64,000 bases of DNA. Origin: Hormiphora californensis (lineage: Eukaryota > Animalia > Ctenophora). Below are positions 1-11,600 of the stretch, in pieces (position 1 is the stretch's first letter; each line of letters begins with the position of its first letter). The stretch is taken from positions 5,580,001 to 5,644,000 of the forward strand of contig CM035351.1 of assembly GCA_020137815.1 (NCBI GenBank). The letters run 5' to 3'. The translations under genes were made by a program, and so were the position numbers. The notes beneath the pieces were generated by a model that saw only the letters and a list, made by a program, of their open reading frames with translations, was not told where the DNA came from and ran no database searches.

Positions 1-71
1 ATTATATTGTATTCTTGTACAGTTAGCTATAAAATATTACTGCTTTTGAACTTTTTTCAATCCCTTAAATC

Positions 72-179
72 CAGGAACCGACCGAATCAGGAAATACTAG
101 TCCCTGATTGGCTGATAACAGTCACGTGACCTAAATAACGAGTTCTGATTGGTTGTTTACTTGTTTCGGTCGGTTCGTG
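72..179 (-). mobile_element. 109-bp-family hAT-like MITE, copy A (108 bp)
   Basis: TIR CAGGAACCGACCGAA...TTCGGTCGGTTCGTG; 8-bp TSD CTTAAATC at 64-71 and 180-187; homologous to copies at 14288, 27234 and 43052 in opposite orientation. Confidence 0.9.
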
Positions 180-208
180 CTTAAATCTAACAATCCACTC
201 CGTTTAGC

Positions 209-344
209 ATGGGTAGCTTGCTTGACAATTCACTTCAGCTCATCTCCAAGGCTTCCTCTCATAATCTGTTTGTCCGGTTATGGCCAACACCCGATCCAAA
301 AGGTATGTGTCCCCGGCCTCGTAGGAATAATCAGAATGGAGAAA

Positions 345-421
<77 letters not shown>

Positions 422-423
422 CT

Positions 424-486
<63 letters not shown>

Positions 487-3400
487 TCTCTCTCCCTCCC
501 TCTCTCAGGTCTGGTGTTTATTGTGCACGATCTGGGTGGCCACTGTTTGCTGTACGATACAGTAGCGGATACACTCAACAGACAGGGCATTGCAGTGGCG
601 GGCTTTGACCACCAGGGACATGGTCTTAGTGGGGGTGCTCGATTACACGTCCCGAACTGTCAGGTATGTATGGGGTGCTCGATTACACGTCCCGAACTGT
701 CAGGTATGTATGGGGTGCTCGATTACACGTCCCGAACTGTCAGGTATGTATGGCGTGCTCGATTACACGTGCCGAACTGTCAGGTATGTAAGGGGTGCTC
801 GATTACACGTGCCAAACTGTCAGGTATGTAAGGGGTGCTCGATTACACGTGCCAAACTATCAGGTATGTAAGGGGTGCTCGATTACACGTGCCAAACTGT
901 CAGGTATGTAAGGGGTGCTCGATTACACGTGCCAAACTGTCAGGTATGTAAGGGGTGCTCGATTACACGTGCCGAACTGTCAGGATGTAAGGGGTGCTCG
1001 ATTACACGTCCCGAACTGTCAGGTATTTATGGGGTGCTCGATTTCACGTCCCGAACTGTCAGGTATGTAAGGGGTGCTGGATTACACGTGCCAAACTGTC
1101 AGGTATGTAAGGCGTGCTCGATTACACGTCCCGAACTGTCAGGTATGTAAGGGGTGCTCGATTACACGTGCCAAACTGTCAGGTATGTATGGGGTGCTCG
1201 ATTACACGTCCCAAACTGTCAGGTACTTGAATCAATAACAGGTTACATTTGCATTACCAAAACAAGTCGTACGTTTTTCGAATCAGGGTTGAGGGGGGGG
1301 GGGGCGAGTGCTTCCTCCATCACCAATTGTTACGTTTCCCCACAATTTCCAAATTAAAAGGCTTGAGTGCTTATCATATCGTTGTTCTATAATCTATGTT
1401 CACTTCCTCAAACAGGCGATGGTGAGTGATGCAGAACAGTGTTTGAGGGAGGTGAGAGGTTTCTTCCCCGAGACGTCCAATATAATTCTCCTCGGCCATG
1501 GGTTCGGGGGCGTCCTGTCGGCCCTTCTCGCCCAAAAGGTGCCTGACCTGGTGAAGAGAGTTGTACTACACAACCCACTGTTCAAGGTATTTTGTTGAGA
1601 GGGGGGAAACAGGTGTTTATCAATCGAAGTTTTCGAAAACATGGGGTATCATCCAGTGTAAGGATTCAATCATGATTAATTGCTCGCTTTCAAAAAACTT
1701 GATTCAAGTAATTAATTAATTAATTGTGTGACGAGAAATTGTTTTCAGTTGGCAAGTGAACAAGCGAAGGGGGCGTATCTCTGCTGGTATATGTCATATC
1801 TGACACCCTTCCTTCCCAGTCACCTATCAGCACCCGATCCAGAATTATTAATAGAGAATGAGGTATTGTAAAATATTATTAACCACTTCATTGATTTATT
1901 ACAAATTATTTAGCAGTACAATTCTTCAATGTTAGGTTTATAACTTGGGTCAGGGCTTACATCTCCTCTTTTAACATTTTACACCCTTACCTTGACAAAT
2001 TTTTCCTCCCTCTCCCCTCATCTCCCTACCTCTCCCCTCATCCCCCTCCCTCTATCCCCATCTCCCTCCATGTACCCCGTGTCTCTCCCTCTATCCTCGT
2101 GTCTACAGGAGTTCAGAGGGAAGTATACCAGGGACCCCTTTATCTGGCACGAAACAGTCAAGATGGGCACAGTTCACACCGTGGTAAACACACTGGCTGA
2201 GTTTGAGGCTAAAGAGTCGTTTCCCGTAGCAACGCTCATCCAGTGTGGAGACAATAATCCACACATGGTCAATGTAAGTTGTTAAAAGATGAAGGGGTAT
2301 GGGAAAAAATGTCGAACGGACGGTAACTCGAAATCAAACTCGATATTTTCCGGACGAAATCTCGAAATGTATAGGGATCCCTAAAAAGTTCCGTATTTAC
2401 ACAGCGTTTACACAATATACGGTCTTTACACAGTCGTTACACCCAGAGCGCTCACGCCGCTCTGGGTGTATCGACTGAGTAACGATTGCGTCTTTTGCAC
2501 TCGATTTGCAGCGTTTTTGGAAACTTTTTTCGCCGTGGCGCTCAATTTACTCAATATTTTCTTGAAAAAAGCTGCAAAACGCAGTCTGACCAGAAATCGA
2601 AATTTTTATCGTCTAGAAATATCTCTATTATAATTTGGAGATGAACGTCGAAGTGGTGGCCGTTCGTTCAGCGGTATCTAAGCGACAGTGCTCCTTCATA
2701 AAACACTTCATATGACGAAAGCTGTAAAGCTGTTATTCACACTTTCTGAAGTTCCAGTGGAAGTTTCTTAATATTTCGAATGACTTTTAACAGGCCATTC
2801 CCCATAATTACCAATTCAGTTGCCATGGCAACCGTTGAAAGGGGCAAAAAGAACCACCCGGCGAAGCCGGGTGGGTTATCAAAAAGCCCTTACTTGAGGC
2901 GCACCCAATGGGTGCGCTAGTGTGCAAAATAGGGGGTTTACTGATAAATGAGAGGTGCAATTCAAAAATTGATACTGTAATATCTCCGGTTCCTGATGAG
3001 ATACAGAAACCGTTTTGGTAGCGTTGGAAAGGTCTTATAAAGACCAATCAAACGCAACCCAGATCAAGTCGTTATCTTTTGAGGAACCGGAAACGTGAAT
3101 TTCGATTTGCGAGACGCAGTGAGTGTGCCCAGTAAACCCAGTGCTGACAATAGCGGTAGACCCCCTATTTCGAATTTTTTTCTAGCCGACAAAAAATTCT
3201 GAAAAAATTCTTAAAATTAATGATAAGTCGAAATTAGACGATAACCGAAAAGTTTTAGGTATCCTGTCAATGATATCTGTGTTATTTAGATCGTATCAGG
3301 GGCATCTTGCGGGGGTGTATGAATGTATGTAAACAAAGATGCGTATTCGGCAGTGAAAATGGTGAAGTCATACACTAACAGAATATTGCTTGTGAGCTTC

Positions 3401-6149
3401 ACTTGAAACCCTGCACTCACTGTCATTTGTGTATACGCCCCTACGGAGAGGGGTGATCCCCCCTCCTCGATCCGGCGTATAACGTAAATCCTCTTAGTAA
3501 CGAGTGTTTACGATTTTAGATATTTTATGACTAGCACTAGTCAGATAATTCAGTACAAAACTTACCTGTAACTTTGTAGATCATAACTTCTGCTATGTTC
3601 ATGATCTGATGTTTAAATTTTTTGTCATACGTCTCCTCCATGACGTTATCAGAGAGTAAAACTGCATTCGTTTTCTCGGTAGTAGCGGGACAGAAAACCG
3701 TGTAGGTTTGAGCACTAACAGATAGACCATTTGAGTTGACAGAGCTGATAGTCCCACATGTTGTGTTACTTGTAGCACCGATAAGAGAGACCACTGTACC
3801 CAGTAGACGGTTATATACAAGTACATAGTCATTCAATCTAGGAAATAATATAAATACTATTTAGTTATCTATTACAGTCTATAGAATTACATGATTATGG
3901 GACCAGTTATTCCCTCAGTTTTATAAGTCAAGCTTATTTAGTCGTCTATATATTTAAAGTTCGGGTTTCATATATTTACTCGAGGATATACCGCTCTGAT
4001 GATTCGGCAGAACATCGTCAATATTTTGGCATGTCTCTGTCGGGTATGGGCGGTAGATGTTTCATCGTGCATGGTATTGATACCTGTTAATGACAATCAC
4101 TTTTTCAACATCCTGCGGTTCCGTCAACTCTAGCTTTAGCCACTGTTCTTGGTTACTTGTGTCAGAATGGTAAATAGTACCAGTGTTACCATCTAGTACT
4201 TTGTTAGTTCCCCGGTTGCTGCCTAACACAGTCCTTGCAGTAGCACTGGCAACACCAACTCGTACAGCAGCTCCACAAAGTGCTACTCCAAGAATAAGGA
4301 GTGCAACAAATCCTCTGGCCATCTCGACGTTAAATCAATTTACATACTAATCGATAGAAAATTTTAAATCGATTTTCATTGGTGGGAGGGGGGTCAAAGA
4401 TGTGCGATATTCCAAGCACCAAACAAATGTTTAGAAAATCGTCCTCAGCCGAGAAATTAAAATAAAATGATGAACAGATAAGGTACAAAATGTATAGGCT
4501 GTCTGGGGGGGGTCCAGCCCTAAAAAAAGCTAAAGGTACCCTGATTTTGGTCGATAGCGTTTTTTATTTTAGCTTTTTTTAGCTTTTTTTAGCTTTTTTT
4601 AGCTTTTTTTAGCCCTACTTTTTATGTTTTTTCAGCATTCATCTTGACACTTTTCCATTAAATTTTCATCCTTCCGGACGTCTATTGACTGCATTTGTTC
4701 ATTTCCTGCACATTTTTACCATAATCTACCGTTTATGTCCATACATAGCAATTTCTGTATCCACCCCTACTGCCATTTTCTGGAGATATTTTTTCGATAA
4801 AAATATTATTCAAATTTGATAAAAATAGTTTTAAAAAATTTAAAAAACGTTATAAAACGTTATAATAAAAGTTTAAAAAATTTGGCGTCAGCGGGATTCG
4901 AACCTATATGAATCCACTAAAAACTCAATTTAAGCTTTTTTTAGCTTTTTTTAAGCTTTTTTTAGCCTTAAAAAAGCTAAAAAAAGCTAAATAAAGCTAA
5001 AAAAAGCTAAAAAAAAGCTAAAAAAGGCTTAAAAAAGCTAAAAAAAAAGCTAAAAAAAGCTAAAAAAAGCTAAAGGTACCCTGATTTTGGCCGTTAGCTT
5101 AGCTGTCTCAAATTTGATGTTCCAAATTTTTCAGAAAAGAAAGCTTCAAGAAAATATAAAACCAAAGGTAGCTTTTCTATTTCTAGAACTACGAATGCTT
5201 CGTCACGAGACAAATTAGCTCTCACTCTGCGTTTTCTATCTCTTTCTTTAAATGTTTTCCCCTCTCTTCCCCTCTCTCCCTCCCTTTCACTTGTTCTTTC
5301 TCACCGCACATAGATCTACCAAACCAAACCAAACCACACATAGATCTACCTCTCTTAAATCAGAGCTAGCTTCCCGTTTACAAAATTAGAGAGCTCCCCG
5401 TGTAGTGCACAGGGCACACTGATGATTATATAAAAAGAAATCACAGATTCCTTTATTATTATTATTTACTCGGTGTTAAATAGATAGTACACCTTATTGG
5501 TTTCAATTACTATTGGGCCACATCTGGATGAGATTTTAACGAATTAAAAGTTGCACTGACTGTAACAGGTATCGGACGACAATTCAAAATGTATAATATC
5601 GAAGTTATTCGAGTTCTGCTTATTTTTCGTCCGTTAGGTCCGTTATAAAAACTCACCCTATTCGAGATCTTACATAACTTCCGTTTAAAATATCGATTTT
5701 CGAGTTTACGTCCGTGCAGAAAGGCGATTTGCACTTTCTACATGTTGTCCTAGTCATTCGAGTTTCTGTCCTAACTGCAGAAATCAAATATTCTTCTCTT
5801 CTAGGAGGCCCACACACATGGGGTTGAGAAGCGGCACGATACAGTTCGGCTCCAATGGTACGAAGGTGCCAAACACTTCCTTCATGAGGACCGAGATACA
5901 ATTACAAAAAAGGTAGCTCTTGCAAACAGCTGATTGTCATTTATTGACACCACCCCCACCAGCTTTGTGAAATGTGAATTGTGCACCCCATTTACATTTA
6001 TATATTGCGAACAGCTGATTGCCATTTATTTCCACGACGGGAGATTCTGTGTGTGGGAGTTGGATAACTTCACTATTTGAATGTTATTTCAGGTTTTATC
6101 AGACATGATTGAGTTTTGTTGTCCAACAGAAGAGCCCCTGGACGAGTGA
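209..6149 (+). CDS. Monoglyceride lipase/lysophospholipase-like alpha/beta hydrolase, multi-exon, catalytic Ser absent
   Basis: Exons 209-302, 509-663, 1416-1586, 1749-1862, 2109-2273, probably one or more near 3290, probable last exon 6093-6149. Motifs LFVRLWPTPDPKGLVFIVHDLGGH, AGFDHQGHGLSGG, ILLGHGFGG, YTRDPFIWH, LIQCG match the MGLL/Hydrolase_4 pattern. The 3' exons are uncertain. Confidence 0.75.
348..505. repeat. (CT)n microsatellite
   Basis: Direct reading. Many further (CT/GA)n tracts occur, e.g. 24443, 30555, 44165, 49669, 53619, 54309, 60604. Confidence 0.95.
632..1226 (+). repeat. 40-bp minisatellite x15 spanning an exon end and 5' splice site
   Basis: Unit GGGGTGCTCGATTACACGTCCCGAACTGTCAG|GTATGTAW; the first unit is the true end of the 509-663 exon. 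Confidence 0.92.
3566..4322 (-). CDS. Small secreted F5/8 type C / fucolectin-like protein, probably nested antisense in a lipase-gene intron; 3' end unresolved
   Basis: Signal peptide MARGFVALLILGVALCGAA; ASA...KVLDGNTGTIYHS...QWLKLEL...VEKVIVINR|L...TCGTI; exons 4322-4084 and 3837-3566 join in phase with GT/AG. Confidence 0.75.
4505..5101 (-). mobile_element. Non-autonomous TIR DNA element (G8-TCCAGCCCTAAAAAAAGCTA end), copy 1, one TIR deleted
   Basis: Reverse-complement copy of 46045-49359 without the LINE; internal TAGCTTTTTT subrepeats; flanking 7-bp duplication GCTGTCT at 4498-4504 and 5102-5108. Confidence 0.85.
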
Positions 6150-6361
6150 CCTGTAATGTACAATTGTCTGTGTGAAATGTTTTATCGTTTTTTGTTTTAA
6201 ATTCATTTACAAATTTATTTTACAAGCCCAAGTTTTATTTTTCTTTTAAGATTTCATTTATTTTATTTCTCAGCTAAATTGGTTTATAATATAATCCCAC
6301 CTCTCTCTCCTAGCTAATCACCGCGGTACAATGACCTAGCTCCTGATTACCACAACACAAT

Positions 6362-7834
6362 ATGAAGATCTCAGTGCTGGGTGGTGGGATTTCAGGTCTA
6401 GTAGCGGCCTACAATCTATCCCTCAACCCCAATGCCCATGTGATCCTATACGAGGCAAGTTCTCGGTTCGGGGGTTGGATCGAGACCAGTCGGACGGGTA
6501 GCGGTGGTCTGATCGAACTCGGTCCTCACTCCCTCAGAACGGTAGGTGCTAAGGGCACGAGGTTGTTAGAGTTCCTCGATGAGATAGCCCTGACAGATGA
6601 TGTGTTGCCGGTAGCGGCGGGTCATCCAGCCGCCAAGGTCCGGTACCTTGGTCTTAACGGGGAACTACTTGCTCTACCCTACAGTTTCAGGCACCTCCTA
6701 TCGCACTCTCATAGGGGGAGTTTTGTGGGTGGAGTATGGAGGGATCTGACGACAAGGGGACGATTCACGACCTGTGACGAGAGTGTTCACTCCTTCTTTG
6801 AGAGGAGATTTGGGAGAGCTCTGGCAGATCTAGTATCAGATCCCATGTGCAGGGGTATCTCGGCCGCTGATTGTAGGACTCTTAGTGTCCAGGGCATGTT
6901 CCCGGCCCTTGTTGAGGCTGAGCTCAATGGAAATGGGAGTGTGATCAGGGGCATGATCAACCAATCTCTCACCACCTCACCTTACGTGGAGAACAAGTTT
7001 GCGAGGGAAGCCAAGTATTTGAAGTGGAAAATGATGAACTTTAGGCATGGGATGGAGCAGTTACCCCGGGCCCTGTATAACATTCTATCTGACAGGAAGA
7101 ATGTAGACATCTTCCCGGGTAGCCCCGTGGTAGACCTCACGGTACGTGATCCAGGTGTTTCTGTTACAGTTGGTGAAGGAGTACCCCGGTACTGTGATCA
7201 CGTTGTGTCAGCCCTCCCTGCCCACGTGCTGGCCAAGTGTATAAAGCCCCACGAACCCGCCCTATCTGAATCTCTCTCCGAGATTGATTTCGTTGACGTT
7301 GCCCTGGTTACGTTAGAGTATGATAAAAAGCTTGACGTGAAGGCGTTTGGGTGTCTCCTTCCCTCTTATGAGAACCCCCAGGTCCTGGGAGTAATCTTTG
7401 ATTCAGTAATCTTCCCGGACCACAATGGAACCTCCCCAACCCGGCTGACTGTTATGGTGGGCGGTGAGTGGGCATGCCCGGACACGCCCCACATGGCTAA
7501 ACGGGCAGCAGTTGATGTTGTATCCCGGTACCTGGGTATCACGGACACCCCAGCGGAGTGTAACGTTAGAATGCTGGAAAAGTGTATCCCCCACTACACA
7601 CTGGGTCATGCTGATCGTGTGCGGCACATGTTTGGTTTGATAAAGGAGCAACAGTTGCGGTTATCCCTGGTAGGGGCGAGTTATTGCGGGGCCGGGGTGC
7701 CGGATTGTATTGCTAATGCTATAGACCACACTGAACCCCTTCACATGATAATGAATGAACGTTACTTTGGGGGCGATCCGCTGGAAGAAGAAGAAGAAGA
7801 GGGAGGGATGGAGAAAATGTTTAAAAGTGCTTAG
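6362..7834 (+). CDS. PPOX: Protoporphyrinogen oxidase, intronless
   Basis: 490-aa ORF; FAD motif VLGGGISGL, ELGPHSLR, RRFG...DPMCRGISA, FGCLLP, LGVIFDS, CIPHYTLGH, GASYCGAGVPDCI. Confidence 0.95.
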   Translation: MKISVLGGGISGLVAAYNLSLNPNAHVILYEASSRFGGWIETSRTGSGGLIELGPHSLRTVGAKGTRLLEFLDEIALTDDVLPVAAGHPAAKVRYLGLNGELLALPYSFRHLLSHSHRGSFVGGVWRDLTTRGRFTTCDESVHSFFERRFGRALADLVSDPMCRGISAADCRTLSVQGMFPALVEAELNGNGSVIRGMINQSLTTSPYVENKFAREAKYLKWKMMNFRHGMEQLPRALYNILSDRKNVDIFPGSPVVDLTVRDPGVSVTVGEGVPRYCDHVVSALPAHVLAKCIKPHEPALSESLSEIDFVDVALVTLEYDKKLDVKAFGCLLPSYENPQVLGVIFDSVIFPDHNGTSPTRLTVMVGGEWACPDTPHMAKRAAVDVVSRYLGITDTPAECNVRMLEKCIPHYTLGHADRVRHMFGLIKEQQLRLSLVGASYCGAGVPDCIANAIDHTEPLHMIMNERYFGGDPLEEEEEEGGMEKMFKSA

Positions 7835-8003
7835 AATCAGAGTTTAATTTTGGTAATTTATAATTTTGGAAGAACAATTACTTTTGGTAATTTATATTTG
7901 AGTTTTGTTGCTGACCCCACTATAGTAATTATTAATTGGTTTTCGTTTTTATTATATCCCCTCTGCCTGTGTAAGTTTTAACCCATGTACCACAACAGTT
8001 GCC

Positions 8004-8581
8004 ATGAAACAGGCTGTAGCTCAGGGTGCCATCATAGCACGGCAGAAGGCCATTTCCCTGTGCCGTACAGCTATGCTCGACCGTCCTTTTTACCGACTAG
8101 ATCCAGACTTTCCACTTCACGGGGGAGATTTGGTGGCCCGGGCCCTCCAAGTACACGATGTTAAACAGGTAAACCCTATCAGTAAAGAAATGTAATTGAT
8201 AATCCTTTCCCAACAATTACAGTCAACCCTATAATATTCTACAGGTGTTGCCTCATCACAGTATTTGTTCATTTCCCCAACACCCCATCAGGTGTTTACC
8301 TTAGCGGGTGGTCACATTTCTCCAGTCCTAACGGCATGTGAGTCCCTTGGTATCCGAGTTGTTGACACACGACACGAGGCTAGTGCTGCATTCGCAGCAG
8401 ATGCTGCTGCCCGGGTTGCCGGGGGAGTTGGGGTGTGCGTTGTGACTGCCGGACCTGGTATCACCAACACCATCACCGCGGTAAAGAATGCCCAGATGGC
8501 GGAGTCACCGGTGTTACTAATAGGAGGTGCTGCCCCATCCCTTCTTAGGGGACGAGGTTAGTAACTTTCTCTCTCTCTCTA

Positions 8582-8628
<47 letters not shown>

Positions 8629-11600
8629 ATTTCAGGGGCACTTCAAGATATCGACCAGGTATCAGTTCTGCGGAGTTTATGTAAAGAAACCATAGCCGTT
8701 GATCGAGTCCGTGAAGTCCAGGATGCCGTGTGTAGGGCCATTCAGACGGCCTGCACGGGAGTTCCTGGTCCTGTTTTCCTAGAGTTACCCGTGGATGTGT
8801 TATACCCTTACAGCACAGGTAATTAGTTGATTAGTTAGTACATAATTAGGTATATCTAATGAAGGCTGGCCAGTTAGCAAATTTAAATTGGTCGTCGAAT
8901 GTCGTCCATGCCCTAAATAGTATTTAGTAAATACCCATCCCCTCCCCTAGTAAAACAAATGAGCGGGGTTAAAGATAAACCTCGTGGAATCGTCCAGAAA
9001 GTTATTTCAGCTCGGGTGAATGCCCTTTTTGCTGGCGTCAAAGATGAGCATACTCAACCTCGCCCGGTAAATACACGCATGTTATCAGAATCCCTGCATG
9101 TATTTGATTATAGATGTGTTTGAATGTATTTTACTAGTTCTGCCTCAATTCCTGAGGTTTTATTAGACCCTGTTTGGCGCCGCAGACCCCACCTGAGCGT
9201 GAGAATCAAATCGGGGTCTCGAGTGTTACTAAGATATCGCCTCCTCAGGTAACTCTTGTGCCTGTAAATGCGGGAGCAGGACAGATGCAGGCAATATTTG
9301 CCAAAGCTAAACGACCTGTAGTGGTAGTGGGAACCCAAGCTCTCATACCACATGGACCCAAAACAGCTGAAAAGCTAGCCTATCAACTAAACCAACTTGG
9401 AGCACCAGTTTATCTTGGTATGTGTCACCATGGCAACCCTGTACGTGGTATGTCTCACCATGGCAACCCTGTACGTGGTATGTGTCACCATGGCAACCCT
9501 GTACGTGGTATGTGTCACCATGGCAACCCTGTACGTGGTATGTGTCACCATGGCAACCCTGTACATGGTATGTGTCACCATGGTAACCCTGTATGTGTCA
9601 CCATGGTAACCCTTTTGTTCTATGATAACTGCACCCACTAGGCGGAATGAGTAGGGGACTACTGGGAGCTGATCACAGACTTCTCTTCCGACAGACACGG
9701 CGAACAGCCCTCAGGGAAGCTGATGTCATTCTCCTGGCGGGCGCAATAACCGACTTTAGATTGGACTACGGGAGATCTCTTAACCCATCGGCACAGGTTA
9801 GAACTCTCAGCCCTCCAATCCCCCACCCCCGTTAGAGATGAGAGTATCATGGCCCCAATTCAGTCAAAATTATATACTTTCACAAGACCCCAGTGCCCCG
9901 AATTTCAGAAATCTAAAAAAATATTTTTCTAAGCCTTCAGCTAGGCTGCAAGATTCTATTCGCTAGGCTGCAAATTTTTCGACCTCGCGACGTACATCAG
10001 CATCGTAGAAGTTGGGCTAATAGAGAAAAAAGTACCATTTTCGGGGCAAAATCATCGTGCAGCCCAGAATGGGAAAATTTCCTCAAAATTTTCTGCAGCC
10101 GGGCTGCAAGAATCTCGACACCGAAATACATATGTATTTCACACTCTAATGAGGGGGATGGATATGTGACACCATTCTGGGACGCCCTGTTAGAGCATTG
10201 ACCTGACAGGGGACGCCTAATTAGCAAAATCATCGTGCAGCCCAGAATGGGAAAATTTCCTCGAAATTTTCTGCAGCCGGGCTGCAAGAATCTCGACACC
10301 GAAATACATATGTATTTCATACTCTAATGAGGGGGATGGATATGTGACACCATTCTGGGACGCCTTATTAGCACTGTTAGCCAATACGGGATATTAAACA
10401 CATGTGATTCGGGGAAGCTTATATTTCATATTTATATTTTCTGCAGCCCGGGCTGCAATATCAATCGAGGTTATTTTTTTAGGCTGCAAAAAATCAGTCA
10501 GGCTGCAAATATTTGCTCAAAAAATTACACGGGTTTGCAATATCGGGGCACTGGGCACAAGACCATTCTTTGTTGAGTTTATGGTTATCTGACCCTATAT
10601 ACAAATCGAAACTATTCAAGGGTGACTATTTTCTACATAACACTACTCATTCCCCAGTCCCCACAGATCATTGCTCTAAATTTGAATAACGAGCAACTGC
10701 TCATTCCCTGCAGATCATTGCTCTAAATCTGAGTAACGAGCAACTGCTCATCCCCCACAGATCATTGCTCTAAATCTGAATAACGAGCAACTGCTCATCC
10801 CCCACAGATCATTGCTCTAAATCTGAGTAACGAGCAACTGCTCATACCCCACAGATCATTGCTCTAAATCTGAGTAACGAGCAACTACTCATTCCCCACA
10901 GATCATTGCTCTAAATCTGAGTAACGAGCAACTGCTCATTCCCCACAGATCATTGCTCTAAATCTGAGTAACGAGCAACTGCTCATTCCCCACAGATTAT
11001 TGCTCTAAATCTGAGTAACGAGCAACTGCTCATCCCCCACAGATCATTGCTCTAAATCTGAATAACGAGCAACTGCTCATTCCCCACAGATCATTGCTCT
11101 AAATCTGAGTAACGAGCAACTGCTCATTCCCCACAGATCATTGCTCTAAATCTGAGTAACGAGTAACTGCTCATTCCCCACAGATCATTGCTCTAAATCT
11201 GAGTAACGAGCAACTGCTCATTCCCCACAGATCATTGCTCTAAATCTGAGTAACGAGCAACTGCTCATTCCCCACAGATCATTGCTCTAAATCTGAATAA
11301 CGAGCAACTGCTCATTCCCCACAGATCATTGCTCTAAATCTGAGTAACGAGCAACTGCTCATTCCCCACAGATCATTGCTCTAAATCTGAGTAACGAGCA
11401 ACTGCTCATTCCCCACAGATCATTGCTCTAAATCTGAGTAACGAGCAACTGCTCATTCCCCACAGATCATTGCTCTAAATCTGAATAACGAGCAACTGCT
11501 CATCCCCCACAGATCATTGCTCTAAATCTGAATAACGAGCAACTGCTCATCCCCCACAGATCATTGCTCTAAATCTGAGTAACGAGCAACTGCTCATTCC

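Noticed and set aside
2285-3270. TE-like AT-rich tracts (also ~5400-5900, 24940-25560, 45130-45980, 57000-58700)
   Set aside because: Probably transposon-derived, but I could not define termini, TSDs or coding remnants
3995-4060. CTGATGA suggesting a hammerhead ribozyme
   Set aside because: No correctly placed GAAA and cleavage triplet; better explained as the LINE-type 3' hairpin
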